DNA of 64,000 nt from Camelus ferus (lineage: Eukaryota): assembly GCF_009834535.1 (NCBI RefSeq), contig NC_045696.1, positions 87,050,001-87,114,000 of the forward strand, read 5' to 3'. A program made the position numbers and the translations under genes. Below the pieces are notes generated by a model. The model was given only the letters and a program-made list of their open reading frames with translations, searched no databases and was not told the DNA's origin. Positions 11,462 to 26,779 of the stretch are shown piece by piece; position 1 is the stretch's first letter; each line of letters opens with the position of its first letter.

Positions 11462-11614
11462 CTTTTTCTCAATGCTCTGTAACATCACTTACTTGAAATG
11501 CTAATGGATTCAAACAATTCCCTCTTACTAAATGTCTCAAATAAAATTGTTGCAATGAGTAGTATCCCCTCCAGATGCTAATGACTGTAAACATTGAGAA
11601 TGTGATAAAGATGA
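11462..11614 (+). pseudogene. Candidate pseudo-exon (LFLNAL*HHLLEMLM... / ...MLMTVNIENVIKM)
   Basis: Donor ATGA|gtaaga; phase-1 end matches exon 17537; needs a frameshift or the alternative acceptor at 11574. Confidence 0.35.
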
Positions 11615-12519
11615 GTAAGATTAGCCCTCTGCTATGAATTGTTTGAATTAGAAAGGCAGACATATATGTATTTATCAATATAATACAAGGACAAATTAGT
11701 TAATGCTAATTTAGTTTAGTTTAGTTAGTATCATTATACAGGATTTCAGAGGATGGAATAATCAAAACAAGTTTCCTTTCAGGTTTTCTCCTGGAGTAAG
11801 TAGCATTTAGAACTGGTCATCAGTGATGACAGTTCAATATTAGGCTTCTACACTGTATTAATTTTTATTGTTCAATATGTGAGGACATTGATGTCTTAAG
11901 AAAAATCAGAATATTTTGGCTACTCCTAGAGGTCATTCTAAGTAAAATTATAATCTATTTGTTTCATTACTCACTGCAGCATAGGAAGAGTGATTGCTCA
12001 ATATAAAGAGAATATCCAATTTGAAAATGGAATAGTTAGTTCAATAGCAATACCTTGGAAATTGTTATTTACAAATAGTAATTGTTCTATCTTCATAAAA
12101 TTATTTATTACATAACTTTAAATAATGAATTTATTCCTAATATAGGTACAATTTTATTGAAAGAGTGATTATTGAGGAATATTTCTAAACTTCCTTTTGA
12201 ATTATCCTGGAGCTTTGAGCGTCTGTTTTAAAGAGCTAGTATGCTCCTTTGCTCCAATTATTTTGCTTATTGGGAATAGTTCACCCTTTTAAGCTAGTTT
12301 TATTTTTTTTTTAAGTTTAAGTAAAGAATTTCAACACTAAATATAAAATAGTTATGATTCAAATAATGATAAAAATTTAAAAACCTAATTGAAAGACTAA
12401 AGTTGACCTATACCATAAACTATTTTAAAAACTCTAACTCTTCTAAATATATATCTACATAAAACTATCACAGTGATGAATAATGTTCATATTTGTGTTT
12501 TTAAATGGTCATAGTATAT

Positions 12520-13320
12520 ATGGTGGGTTGCAGGAAGTGGAAGATAGATGCAGATAAAACGAGGAGTGGTCTATGACAGCTGTCCATGCAGACCACATGG
12601 AACTGAGTGGTAACCTTGACTGGAATGGATGTAGAAAATAAATAAGAGAGGTTTAGAAGGCAAAATTGACAGAGTTTGGTGATTGATCAGTAGGAGGAAG
12701 AGTGAGTCTAGATTTATGGCTAATACATTTAAATGGATGGTGGTATCACTGTGTTTAAAATCAATATTAGCAAAAGACAAATTAGGATGTGAAGGCTGGG
12801 ATTATGAATTTTATGGTGGACATAGTGACCTAGAGTTACTTTTTAGAAATCCAAGAAAAAGTGACAAGTAGCCAGTTGAAGATATGGGTTTAGATAGGAG
12901 ATACACACTTAAATGATCAATCTGAGGTGCATAGATGCATGTTCATGGAAGAGGTTGTCCAGGAAGAGTATATACAATAAGATGGTAAGAATATACCCAT
13001 ATTAATTCTAGAATTAACTTCACAATTGGCTGTTTATAACATCCCTATTTTCTCCAACTTAATTGATATAAAAATTTGCTGTGCCATCAGAAATAATACA
13101 CCTGCAAGGAAAGCAGAGAAGGGGCCAAGAAAAGCAGGAGAAAAACTAGAGAATGTTGTGAACAAACAAATAAAGCAAGAGTGTTTCAAAAAGTAGAATT
13201 GCAAAATTGAGTTTCTTAATTTTGGTAGATCAGTTTAATTTTAATAGATATTTAATGAATACCAACTTCTGTGAGAATTCAGGAATGGTAAGGAATGCTA
13301 GTTTCAGAGCAATTCAGTAT
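12520..13320 (-). mobile_element. L2 fragment
   Basis: Antisense L2 motifs (gaaggcaaaattgacagagtttggtgattga, tggatggtggtatcact). Confidence 0.65.
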
Positions 13321-14299
13321 CTTTAATGATAACATAATTAAATAACTCTAACATAAAGAATACTAAAACATATTACTATTATATCTATTATAAAATCATG
13401 TATATTAAATATTATCAATGCTTTGAGAAAATAATAGAGGAAATTATTATCATCATAAGCAATAAAAGACATGGTTGAGGGTGTTTTAATTGATAAATGA
13501 AATTTTAAAAAAAAATTGAGCATTTTTAGGTCAGGATGTATTATGAAAAAGACACAGACATATAGTAAAAAATCATAAATTCCTCCCACACAGTTTTTTT
13601 GTTGTTTATTCATTTTACTTTTTTAAAGTAAATAAATGTAAATGTTTGCAAAATTGTAGAAAGATTAGAATAATTACAAAAATGTATTTTTTTAAATAAA
13701 CACATAGTGATTCAGGAAACTGGACATCAATTCTTGCATCTTTTAGAGTCTCAGAGTTTTTCACTGGATGTAGCAAACAAGAAAGTGTTAGGACATGGAA
13801 AATTGCCAAGACATTTTGAGGTCAGGCTTGGGAGTGAAATATACCGCTTCTTTCATTCCGGTGGCCAAATGGCCCTACATAATTACAAGAGCAAGGAAAT
13901 GTAGTCAAGTTCTTTGCCCAGAAAGAAGAGGAGAAAACCGAAGGTGGGAGAATCCAAGCATTCTCCGTTGCAGCTCTTTATAGTGGTTAACGGTATCATA
14001 CTATGTTTGCCAAACAACTCAGTTAATACTTGAAACACACCTATGTGATAAGCACAATTGTTATTACATTTTGTAAAAAAAAAGGAATATGAGATTCAGA
14101 GAGATTAAATAATTGCTCAAATCACAGCGATTATAAGCAGTAGATGTAGGACTAGGATACAATTTTTTGTAATGTAATAGCCAAGTTCTTACACATTAAA
14201 ATTCTGATAGAAGATGGAAAATAAATAAGGTAAAAAACAGTCAATAAAAAATAAGTAACATGGTCATGTTAATTTGGTGTAGGATGTTCATTTCTTTAA

Positions 14300-17200
14300 A
14301 TTTTTTCTTTTCAGTTTGATTTTTTGAAAAATCTAGAAATCAGAGAAAATTAGAACAGTATAATAAATATTCACTTTCATAAAGGAATATATATTCACCA
14401 ATTGTTAATATTTTATCATATTTACTTTACTTTTCTTTTTCTTTCTCTGAAAATTATAACTAATTTTCAAATGATTCATCAAAACTTACATATTACTATT
14501 TTAAACCTAAAAACTTTAAACCTAAATATTTATCTCCTGGCAATAAATATTCTAAAATACACCCATGATGCACTCATTCATCTAATATTGGTTCACACTC
14601 AGTAATTTAATATTGATAATGTATCACGTATTAAATAATGTATAGACTCATATTCAAATTTTTCAGTCACTCCAAAAATGTCTTTATGAAAGTGCCTTTT
14701 TAAAGAAACCTGAACCATTCAAGGAAAGTATAATGAATATGTATAATATTATAATGTCTCTTTAGTCTCCTTTAATCAAGACTCATTCTTCCACTATTCA
14801 CTGGAATTGCTTAAAGTCCATGCTGGGCTTTTGTTTTTGGATTGTTTTGTCTTGGGTTTTTTTTTTTTTGTTTTTTTTGGTTTTTTTTGGTTTTTTTTTT
14901 TCAGAAGTCTTTCAATTTCAATTTGTCTGATTCTTTCTGTCATGGTTAAGTTTGGTAAAAAATAATTTTGGTCAACAAGTTTACATAGATCTGCCCTTCT
15001 CAGAGTATCTCCTCAGAAATTACCTGATATCAGTCGCTCTATTTTTGTTGTTAAATTTAATCAATTAAGGTGGTAAAAAGGCCATCTTTATTTGAATAGT
15101 TTCTTTTTTGTTCTTTTTCATGGACTTCTGCTTCCAACTGCCCCCCCCCCTTTTTTTAATTCAAGGGCCTGCATTGTGGAAAGTTTATTATATCCTTCAA
15201 CAATTATAAACATGTCTTTCTACCTTTATAGTTGCGCAGTGGTCCATTCAGGTGACATTTTTGTTTGAATATCTTCCCTAAAAACACTTTTCACCAAATG
15301 ACTTTAGTATTTGTTAACAATTTTTTCCTTAATCAAATTACTACAGAGAAAGGTGTAAAGTCACTTTCTGATTCTTTCTGAATGTATTATCTGACAATCT
15401 CCCATAAAGAAGAGTTCATTTTTTATCCACCCTATCCTTGCTTTTTAGTTTCAGAATAGTTTCTTTTTTGATAATTCACTGGTTCACTACTTTCATGTTT
15501 GAGGCTAAAAGAAATTCCAAATTTGCCAGTGGAAGCACATTTTGATAGGCTACCACCAGATTTTTTTTTTTTTTTTTTGAGATGGGTTGGAGGAATAAAT
15601 CTGCATTTATTAAGTATGCATTATGTGCTAGTTTCTTTACATGTACATGCAATCCTCATAATAACTAGATGGGATAGGTAGCATTAAAAATAGCCATATT
15701 ACAAGCAAAGAAACCAATGCCCAGAGAAGTAGAGAGACCTGGGCAGAGTTACATAAAAATTTGAACCTGGATCAATCTGGCTCTTTTCATTTTTAACCAC
15801 AAACTCCAGTCAGAGAGCTCATAGATGTTTGCCAAAACTCTGATGCTATTTGAGGTAAACTTGGTTCTGAATATTGATAAATTCTATGTGGCAGAGATTC
15901 AAAGATTATTCACATGTAGAAGTAAAGGCAAAAGAGGTTTTCTGTCTTACATCTTGTTGCCAGTAACAGTCTTCAAAAAACATACCTGCATCCTCGTAGA
16001 TGAAGAAATGTTGCTTCCAAATCATTCATTTTCTCCCCTACATGTGAGAATATAATTACATGCCATGTCTTCTGTATTTCACATTTCTTGTGCTTTTTTC
16101 CTTCTTTTCATTCGTTGCCCTCCGATGCATACTTCAGTTTTTATTTGCCCTACTTAAATATCTTTTAGTTCACTAGTCTTCCCTTCTGCACTATGTAATC
16201 TCCTGATATATACTAGTCTATTGGGATTTCAATTCCAGTTACTGTATCTTCCCGTTCTAATTTGAGGTAGGTCACATTCTGTGGCAGAGCTACCCATCTT
16301 CATTTATAATCCCTCATTTCCCTTTATTTTCTTGAAAACATTAATTGTACCTATATCAAAATAATTGTTAACTTCAGTGTCCGGATCCTTCTATAGGTCT
16401 GTTTCTAATGTGTGTTTTGTGTCCGTGTGTGTGTGTGTGTGTGTATGTATGTCTATTGGTCATAGTTCCTTATTCATGATTAAATGTTGTACATTTTTAC
16501 TGAAAAAAAATTATAGCTCAGGATGGCATTATTTTCCTTCAAGAGTTCACCGTTTCCCTTTTCTATAGCATGGGCTGATTATCTTAATCAGAAGTGAGCT
16601 GGTAAGGGTGGGATATTCTCCTGGGCTCCTTACTCAGGCAGATCCTAAAATTAACTCTTGTCTTCCTAGGTCGGTGAGACAGCCAAAAATTGCAGTCTGC
16701 TTTTCAAAGGCTTTCTGCTTTCCTCCTTCCTCTCCTGCATTGTACAGTTTGAACATCTGGCAGACATCTTGAGAGGAAAAGTAGTACAGCTTCAGTTTAG
16801 TTCTCTCCTCTTCCTTTTCACTGGAAACTGGCAAGTTTCTCATTTTTGCCTTTTCAGACCCACGAGACTGCTAAAGCTCTGCTGATCTCACTTCTTCTTA
16901 ATGAGAGTCCCTGCCTCACTTCTTGGCCCATATCTGTAGTCTCTGTGCCCTGGAGCAGAAAAGGCCCTGCTTGAAAAAGTGTGTGTAAAATATTATTTTA
17001 CTTCTCTCCATGGTTTGTCCTTTTTTGAGACTCTTTTTTACCCCTTTGATCTGGTTACGTTAACAGTTTTTAAATCCCATCAGTTTTTGAGCACATCCTG
17101 ACTTTCTGATACAGTAAGATGTTTCAGGTTCTTCTTGTATTTTCCCTGTCCCAGCACTAGAATTATTAATATGTACAAGGACCTCTGTTTTATTATTGAT

Positions 17201-17450
17201 ACTGTTATCTCATTGCTTTTAGGCCATTTCAGTAGGTAGAGCTATGAGTTACATACACACATAAATATATATGTGTATATTTATTACATATATACATATA
17301 TACACATATTTATAAATATGTAAGTATCTGTTGACATATATACAAATATTCATAATTTCATGTTGATATTCACAATTCCAATCCGTTGCCACACACTCTT
17401 CCTTTCCTCCTGCACTTCATGTTTGTATGTCCTCCCCTCAATAAAAAACC
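14300..17450 (-). mobile_element. Cluster of old L1 (L1ME/L1MC-like) fragments with an internal MIR (~15590-15780) and simple repeats
   Basis: T-rich antisense L1 3'-UTR motifs (aatgtctctttagtctcctttaatc, aagatgtttcaggttcttcttgtattttccctgtcccagc). Confidence 0.6.
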
Positions 17451-17536
17451 CTCCTTCCTAACATTTTATTTTTAAAAGTTTAAGGAACAGCAAACAGTAT
17501 TTCCTTGGAATGCACTGATATTTTTTTACCCTAAAG

Positions 17537-17710
17537 GCCAGAGGCTTTATGAGCAATATAAGCTATTTAAAGTTCATTTCTCAATGCTTCTGAAATGTAT
17601 TCATTTAAAAACTCTAATGCCCACTGAGCTCAGCAGTCAAATCCAGATAAAGGAAATATGGAACAGAGTTTGTGTTTAGAGCCTCTATAGGAACTGACTT
17701 GTAAGAGGAT
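17537..17710 (+). pseudogene. Pseudo-exon (QRLYEQYKLFKVHFSMLLKCIHLKTLMPTELSSQIQIKEIWNRVCV*SLYRN*LVRG)
   Basis: tttttttaccctaaag| ... GAT|gtaagt (consensus donor); 46 open codons, then stops at 17677 and 17695; phase 1 to 1. Confidence 0.65.
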
Positions 17711-18359
17711 GTAAGTATCTCTTCAGGGGAGTACCATAAATGTGAATTTGTGAAGAGGATGTTAAAATATGACTGGTAATCCTTCCTGAAAGCACACAGT
17801 CTTTCCACTGTGAAAAATATAGTTACATTTACTTAAATATTTATTCTAAGAGTCACAGGACTGTACTGGAACTGTGAGATGCTGTCAAGTCCATTTTCTA
17901 ATCTTCAGGCAAGACCACATTTGAACTACTGTTGATAATGAATATCTCTTTCCTTGTAAAAGACATCCTTCTTGGGTAGCCCATTTTTATGTTTAATACT
18001 CCTGACTATGAAGAAATCCTTCATATATTTAGCTTATACCCTCCACACTGCAGCTTAATCACCTTTCTCATCTTCCATTTTAGATAATGAAATAAAAATA
18101 ATTTGTTATCATCTATTGAATAATATCCCTTTATAGACCAGAAATCTTGTTGTATGATTCAGCCTCATTTCTTTCTTTCTATTAATTTTTGATTTTGAGT
18201 CTTACTCTATGAAGTTATTGCTTTATCTATTTATAAAACTTATTATCTGCTATAATATGTTAAAATTATGCTGAGTCTCAAGCAAAGCACTGTAGTCACA
18301 ATGTGGCTGACTCTGACTATAATGTAAGAAAAACTTAAACCTCTTATCTGGTATGTTCT

Positions 18360-18409
18360 TTGTTTTTTTGTTGTTGTTGTTGTTGTTTGTTTGTTTGTTT
18401 TTGTTTTTT
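18360..18409. repeat. (TTG)n/(TTTG)n simple repeat
   Basis: Directly visible. Confidence 0.9.
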
Positions 18410-19834
18410 AAGGCTAAAGATTTATTTAATCTGAAGAGAAACCAGAGTATAGTCTCTGTTTTTAAAGTGACTCTACATTTCTGATTCATTATTTTATTTT
18501 TCTTCATTAGATACCAAAGATTTTTTCTCAGTTCAGTGATATTTAGACGGTTAAGCCAATTCTCATAGAAAGACATATTATTTAATGCAGAAGCCCTAGG
18601 AATAGTGCTAATATTGTCCCTCAAGCTGCCAGTCCCTGAACAAATGAGTAATAATAACATTGTAATGAAAACCATTATTTATTGTACTTAACATGTGCCA
18701 CTGTGCTAACCATGTTATAAGACTCATTTAATTTAATTATGGCAATAATTACAATAAATCCCATTATTTCTATTTCTATTTAAAAATAGAGAAGGGGGAC
18801 TGAAACTTAGTAAAATGAATAAGACAAGGAGAATCATCATTGCTTGAACACAGATCAATCTAACTCTGAAATCTGTGCTTTCAGCAAAACAAACATCCCC
18901 AGAATTTAACTTGGTTTCTAACACTTTAGAAATTACCTTAGTCATAAAATCTGATGCTATTTGAAACAATCCTAAGGGAACAGGGGAGGCTTGGTTAAGC
19001 CCTCCAATGTCACAGTAATCTCTGCTGAAGTATGACTTGGAAGCAGTTATACATCTGCCAACTGTAATTTTCAATCTACCAATTTACTCAGCTAGTAATT
19101 GACCCCAATAAATACCTTTTATTTAATTAACTTAAATAACATGGGAACTTTTATTAATGCAAGATGTTATAGAGTGAGAGTGGAGACAATATAGGACTGA
19201 CTGAGGACAGAGCAACTTTGTTGGAAGATTAAAGAGGATTTAAGATAAGGGTCAATTTTAGTTTGACTGGGAGATGTAGTATGCCTTGAGTTTCTCAGTC
19301 AGTGGAACTTGGTTTTAGGAGAAAAGTGATTTCAAAATGAAATTATAAATCTAAAGTGTGATATAATCCTAGCCTCAAATTGGATAGTTGCCACTGGGCC
19401 TGACATAGGACCTAGATACACAATGTAGCTGATCATAGATATAAAAAAGTTTTTCATCCAGTTGAGGATCTAGCATCAGTGTAGGTCAAGTAAGATGTGG
19501 AACTGAGTGAGGTTACAGTGGCAATAGTTGCTAAGCCTGATCCAAGTAGTGCTGCAAAATTAGGGTGGAGGAGAATCAGAACAAACACCCTATCTACCAC
19601 CAATTAACCTACCATCATAATTTTCAGGTAACTGATTATAATTAAACATAGAGGTCTGGGGATAGCAATTTCTCAGTAAGAATCTATGGAGTTTGGTTCC
19701 ATGGATATAGGAACAGGAAGATCTAATTACACTATATTTCCATTATTCTTCTTTCCAAACAGGTTGGCTCATTTCGAAATAATTATTATAAATAGATCAT
19801 AGAATATCAGAACAGAAGAGTTTCTTAAGAAATA

Positions 19835-20032
19835 ATCTAGTGGAGAATTTAGAAAAATGAATGATAACACATATTTTCAGCTTTAAGGGCAACTACTTAA
19901 CTCGGCCATTGTGGTACAAATGCAAACACAACGTGTAAACAAATGGATGTGACTGTGTTCCAATAAAACTTATTAACAAAAACAAGTGGCAAGCCATATT
20001 TGGCCAGAGCTAGTTGTTTTCTGATACCTGAT
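19835..20032. mobile_element. MER58A-like hAT MITE inside a MIR
   Basis: gcaactacttaactcggccattgtgg, gtaaacaaatggatgtgactgtgttccaataaaactt, aaaaacaagtggcaagccatatttggcc. Confidence 0.8.
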
Positions 20033-22167
20033 CTAGTATAACCCTATCATTTTTCGATTAGGAAAAGAAGCCCTAGTGTGATGACATCAAATAAATGTCA
20101 AATAGCTGGAATTTGCACCTATAAAAAGAATCCAAATCTTCAGAATCGTAGATCAATATACTGACCTCACTGCTCATCATATAAAAATCCTATAACAGGT
20201 AACATCTATGTTTTGAGAGAATAATTATAAATATTATTGGTTGAAATATCAATCTTAATATATAATTATTGAATGTTTTCTGTATAATAGGAAATATACT
20301 AAGTGCTTTATTAAAATTATTTCTTGAATCCCCATTAATCATCCGTATGAAGATGACATATAATTATCCTTATTATGTAGATGAGAAATCAGAAAGTGAG
20401 AACAGACTCAGTAAATTATCCAAGGTCATATCTCAAGCAAGTTGAGAAGATAGATTTGACCCCAGACAAATAATTAAGAATTCAGAGATTAAATTTTAAT
20501 ACATATAATCTCTTCAGACTTGACTGTCTAGATTAGATATATAATTGAAAAGATCAATTATAAAATGTTAAAAAATGTATAAAGCATGCATAAACAGTGT
20601 TGATAAATAACATAGGTTATGAATATATATGGATTAGATATTTTAATAAAATTTATGGGAACATATATAATTAATCTTAAAGTAATGAATATGAATTTTT
20701 TTCAAAAATATAACTTACTTAGACTACTATACAGATTCTCACACATGTATATAATGTGTACATAGACATGTATATACTTCATGTATTTTATATATATCCA
20801 AATGGAAGAATAGATCTAAAACCAATTTAAAAACATAGTTAAAATCTACTAAGAAAATACATAATATGCAAACACCGATTCATATATCATTTAAAAAATT
20901 TTATAGAGCATTCAAAGAAGATGATGTAGATAATCTATATCCTTTGCAAACTTCTCCAAGAACAGAAAAAGTTGGCAATATTTCACCCTTAATCATTTTA
21001 TGAGGTCGGCTGGTATAGTTTTTGGTACTAAAATCAAGAGATGGACAATAAAAGAAATATTTTAAGTAAATCTCACTTACTAAACATAGATGCAATAATC
21101 CTAAATAAAATATTATCAAATTAAATCCATCCCTTAAGAAAATACCTTGAGAATGTGTAATTATAATCTCAGGAATAAAAAATTAATTCAATCTCAAGAA
21201 ACTGATTAATTTATTTTATTAATATATTATCATGCGCTTACTGATTAAAAATCAAACATGAATTAAAACCACCAATCACTGTACATTTAGTACATTGGGG
21301 TCATAGATTTATTCTTACCTAGTTTAATAATGTTATTTGAACTCAGTCATTTTTTTAATAATGATGATAATACTGGTCTGAATACATTTGCCACAGTTAT
21401 GAATTTTTTTAAAGCACAATCAGTGGTTAACAAAAGTTGTACGTCAATTTGTGTCCTTGTTTTGACTCTCTTCAAGCTTTTGTCTCTCTGCGTATCTTCC
21501 TCTTGGTACACTATATCAATTGAAAAAGGAGTATATTAACACATACAGCACCTCCTGCTCATCCCCAGGTCTGTGAAACACAGTTGCAACAAATAATCAT
21601 TGAGAGGCTACAATGTGCCAAGTATTGTGCTAGTGACAGAAAAGTTTTAGCTTTCAGTCTCTCTTGTATATTAGGCACATTTTAAGTTACTTTTATAGAT
21701 GATAAGGTATACAGCCAGTAAAAGGACACCAGGATCAAAACCAAGAACTGTCAGCAGCCAGTAGTTACAGGGTTGGTAAAATAGTGTGAACAGTAAATGT
21801 GATAAATGTTGTATTAGACCTGGTGGCAAAGTGCTACCAAGGATAGGTGTTGCCATTTGTACAGACATCTTTATTTGCATAAATACACCCCATGTGTCTC
21901 ATTGATGTGTAACTTAAATATTTCACTACATCTGGTGATGTTCAGTATCTTGCTTTCTGACTCAATATTTTTTCAAGAAAAGAATGAGTTGCAAGATTTG
22001 GGGCATCTAATAATTTAAAAACTCTTTAAGAAGGAGCACCTACCAAATATATTTAGCTTTAATACATGCTATCAGGAAAGATAAATAATTTGCTGATAAT
22101 AAAAATGTCATTCTTAACTTATGGAAATGTGCTGAATATTCAATCATTTTCATTTACACATCTCAAG

Positions 22168-22357
22168 GAAATGTGAGAAAAGTTTTATTAATACCAAACA
22201 ATATTTCTGCTGGCTATTCCTTTATAACCAGGAAATCATTGCTTCTACTGTGCAGTGAGATTAAATCTCTTGAGCAGTTTTCCTATATACAATGACATTC
22301 CGCGGAGAACCTATTGTCAGTTCTTGTAGAAATGGCACATTTGTCTAACAGACTACA
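22168..22357 (+). pseudogene. Pseudo-exon (NVRKVLLIPNNISAGYSFITRKSLLLLCSEIKSLEQFSYIQ*HSAENLLSVLVEMAHLSNRL)
   Basis: ttttcatttacacatctcaag| ... CTACA|gtgaga; 62 codons, one stop (22293); phase 1 to 2. Confidence 0.65.
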
Positions 22358-23660
22358 GTGAGAGCATTTCACATTCCATTTCTTTTATTGACAATCTGTT
22401 ATTACCATTGATGATTTCTTTTGGAAATAAACAAAATTCATTGTGAGAACAATAAAGAAAACTCAAAGCATGAATAAAAATGAAAGTGACTAGACTTTTA
22501 AATAAAACATGTGCTAATTAAGTACTTAGTTTAAAAGGGTAGCCACTCAAATTGGTCCAAAAGTTTCAGCAAATTCTTCTTTTGAAATCAGTTTTAAAGA
22601 TAATTTAAATATCTTCATAATGTAAAAGCATTATCCTTTAGAAGTATTTTGCTTTTTTTCAGAAGCATCTAATTATTGCTTGTTTTAAAGCTACTATTTA
22701 TTCTTTATGTGTAAACTATCTTGTAATTAAAAAGGTAAATTTGAAAAAAATATTTTGCATATAATTACAATGTTGTAATTGAGGAAGTAAGTTTATATTC
22801 TCCCAAGATAACTGCTTTGAAGAATATGGTACTCATTTTGTTATCATTATTGTAGTCTGATTTTTTTACATTTATTTACCATATAGTGATAATTCATGAA
22901 TTTAACCTAATTAAATATGTAATAGACTCCTCAGTGAAAAAGAATGTGAGGCTAAAATAGCTAATAAGTTCATGCTCAAGTTTTGTGCTTTTAAGAAAAT
23001 TGCACAATAAATTCCTTTTGTAAAAGATGCTCAAAAGTAGTTTGAAATCTATTTCAGCTTATCTCCAAAATGTGCGCTAAATATTTATTTTGCATTAAAT
23101 AAATTCATTGTAAACTCACCAATATGAAACACTTTCTAAGGAAGAAAGTTTTTATTAATATATCTTCCAAAATGAAATACATTAAAATTCCATACATCTT
23201 GTGTCATCCTTAGAATGAAATTATTTTTGCACCTTTGCATCAAGTAGTTACTTAAAAGAGCTTAAAAATTAATGTGTTAGGCTTCTCTCCAATTACTTCT
23301 AAGTCCTCTTGGGACTTAAAAAAAGCAATCATGTTTTCAAATTATACTTCCATGGGCTTTAGTATTTTGATGATGAAAAAAATAAAGTATGCTGCACTCA
23401 GATTATATAAAATGAAATTAATAAATTAGGCAGGATTAAGGAGACAATGGCATATATAAACCTGTTGGCAAATTAATATTTTAAAAATGCATAGTTTCAC
23501 ACTACTGCAGTTGAGATTTTTCAATTGAAATATTGAAGTAGTAAATGCAAATTAACATATATTATTGAATAAATTGTCTCTAAACTTTACTTAAATAGAA
23601 ATAAAGAAAATTTCAGTAACAGTAAAATAGTCAATGAATCTAAAATTTCTCTTATTTCAG

Positions 23661-23840
23661 CTTTAGTCATACACTAGTTCTAAAGGAGAAATAAACAGCA
23701 ATAACACCAACAGACTCATTGATAATATAAATGAATATTTTTCTATGACAAAAAATAACATTAAAAATATTCCATCTGGTGTTTTGGCCATTTTACTTGC
23801 CAGTGCAACCAAATAGAATTACTAGTAAAGAGAAATGAAA
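23661..23840 (+). pseudogene. Candidate pseudo-exon, frameshifted (...NRLIDNINEYF...)
   Basis: Strong acceptor tttctcttatttcag|; possible donor |gcgagt; reading frame ambiguous. Confidence 0.45.
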
Positions 23841-24239
23841 GCGAGTCAATGTCATGACCAATATACTCTGAATCATGTGTATGCTTGCCACTCAGCCATC
23901 TTCAGAGTTGTATGAAAATCATGGTCCTTCAAATTAATACATTCCTACCCTCCACTTGTTAAAAACTGAGGTTCATCAGTTTGAAGTTTCCTAAAAGTGT
24001 GACATTTGAATAATTATGTAGAGGCTAGACAGTCCATTTTAAATAATTGAAGTTGATGTTAGATGCCTTCTCTTCCTCTTACAGAGGACACCCACTTCTA
24101 TTTCTTTACCTACAAAGAACTCGCCAGGTTCCAATGGTTCTAGCTCAGGAATAGCAACCACATGGTCTGTGCCAGTTTTGTTGCTAACTCCTGTACCCAA
24201 AGAAGGTATATCCATCAATTACAGCACTCTGTCCCAGTG

Positions 24240-26320
24240 TATCTAATATCCTTTTACTGTTCCAGCATCTCATCCAAGATACAATGTTACATTTGGTTAT
24301 AATGTCTCTATAATTTCTATCTAGCTGTGATTGGTTCTCACTCTCTCTTACATGCACTTTTAGTGTGTGTATTTTTTTTGTCTTTGGTTGGTTGGTTTAT
24401 TTGTTTTTTGCTTTTAGTCTTAAAGACTATTCATTTCCAGTTACTTAGGTCAACTCCTGTCTCCCATCCCTTAAATTAGGCAGTTTCATGCAACTGTAAA
24501 ACAATTAGATTCTTTTTTTTCACATCCTGCATTCTATCCTGGGATCCCCTGACCACCTAAAAAAAAAAATTTTTTTTTATTTTCTTACTTTAAGGTTGTA
24601 AAGTTCTATAATTTGGACAAGTTCATAATTCCATGTCCACCATTATAGTATCATAGAAAATAATTTCACCAACTTGAAAATCCCCTGTACTTCACCTATT
24701 TTTCCTGTTCCCTCACCTCTGAACTCTTGGCAACCACTGACCTTTACTCTGTTTCTGTAATTTTGCATTTTCCAGATGTCATATAATTGGAATTACATAA
24801 CATGTAGATTTTTTAGACTGGCTTTTTTCATTAGCAATATGGATTGAGTTTCCTCTTTGTCTTTTTATGGCTTGATAGCTCATTTTTTGAAATCACTAAA
24901 TAATATTCCATTATATGGATGTATCACATTTTATTCATCCATTTACCTATTTGAGGATATTTTGTTGCTTACAATTTTTGATAATTATGAATAAAGTTAA
25001 TATAAACATTTTTGTGCAGGTTTTGTGTGAATATATATCTGGTAGAATTCTCCAGTGAAACTTTGGGCCTGGTGCTTTCTTTGTTGAAAGATTCTTAATT
25101 ATTGATTCAATTTTTATATAGATATAGGCCTATTCAGTGAATCAATTTTCCTTGTGTGAGTTTTTACATTACAATTCATGTCTTTAAAAAATTGGTTCAT
25201 TTCATCTAAGTTATTTAATTTGAGATATTCCTCTATTATACTTTTGATGTCCATAGGCTCAATAATGATACCCTCTTTTTCACTTCTGCTATTAATATTT
25301 AGTTAATATTTTTCTTGGTGTGCATGGGTAGAGCTTATTAATTTTATTTCAAATTAACTAGCTTTTGATTTCATAGATTTTCTCTTTTGTTTTTCATTTT
25401 CAGTTTATTTTATTTGTGCTCTAACTTTTATTATTACTTTTCTCCTGCTTGCCTTAGACTTACATTTATCTTATTTCTTTAGTTTGTAAAGATGTAAGCT
25501 TAGATTATTTTATTTCTTGCTTATTTTCTAATATGGGTATTTAGTGTTCTAAATTTCTACCTAAGCCTTACTTTTGCTGTATCACACAAATTTTGATCAG
25601 TTGTGTTTCCAGTTTTTATAAAAATATTTTTAAATTTCTTTTGAGATTTGTTCATTGACTCATATGTTATTTAGAAGTGTGTTATTTAGTCTCAAAATAA
25701 TGTGGGGGTTTTTCAGTCATCTTTCTGTTATTGATTTCTGCCTTAATTCCATTTTTGCCTGAATTATGTAAGTTTACATTGTCAAGGTACGTTTTATGAC
25801 TTGGAATGTTGTGTATGGTAAATGTCCCATTCCCCTGTCAGCTTGAAAAGCAGACGCATTCTACTGTTGTAGGATGGAGTATTCTGTAATGTCAATTAGC
25901 TCAAGTTGATTGAACGTTCTATGCAGGTCAACTGTACTCCTATAGATCTTCTTTTTGCTGAATCCATCTATTACTAAAAGGATAGTGTTAAAAATCTACT
26001 ATAATAGTGGATTTGTCTATCCTTCTTATAGGTTTACCAGTTTTGCCTTAAATATTTTAACATTCTTGTTAGGTCCATACATATTTAGGATTGTTATGTC
26101 TTAGAGAATTGACCCCTTTGTCATTAAACAAGGTCTCCTTTTTGTACATGTTTCCCTATTGTAAGTGTTCTTTGAAATTAATATTGCTGCTAAAGCTTTC
26201 TTTTGATAAGTGAGGAAAATAGGTCTTGTCTTTCTCCATCACTTTCAGTTTAAACTAACTCTTAATTTAAAGTGGTTTTCATGTATACAACATATAGTTG
26301 GGTCTTGCTTTTTTCCTCCC
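24240..26320 (-). mobile_element. Old L1 (L1MC/L1M-like) antisense fragments
   Basis: cttggcaaccactgacct, taatattccattatatggatgtatcac, ggtagaattctccagtgaaac, ttatttagaagtgtgttattt. Confidence 0.85.
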
Positions 26321-26779
26321 ACAGAATGAGAGGATAGTAAACTAGAAATAGCAAATACAGAGAAATATTTTGAGATATTTTACTGCAAAGGAAAATAAAG
26401 AAATATGGGGACATAAAGCATGAGATAGTGTCAAAATAACTTATTAGAACTTTTTTTTACAGGGTAAATAACAGAATTCCAGCCAGGATTGTGTAAATAT
26501 GCTATGGTTAAAAAAACAGTGTTACTATCTCTGTGACTCAACCCAGCTAACATTATTTCATGTTCATACAAAGCATGCTTTGATTTTCATTTTTCCAGAA
26601 TGACTGAGGTTTAGCATATCAAAAATCATCAGTCTTGCCATAGCTCCATATAACAAAATGATTTAGGTTTCCCTATAGCAGGTAAAGGGAAACATAATAA
26701 ATCATTCACTGCCTCTCATAACTTGGGGATGATTCAGTCACTTCATTTAAGAGGTTGTATTGAAGGCAAATAAGCACAT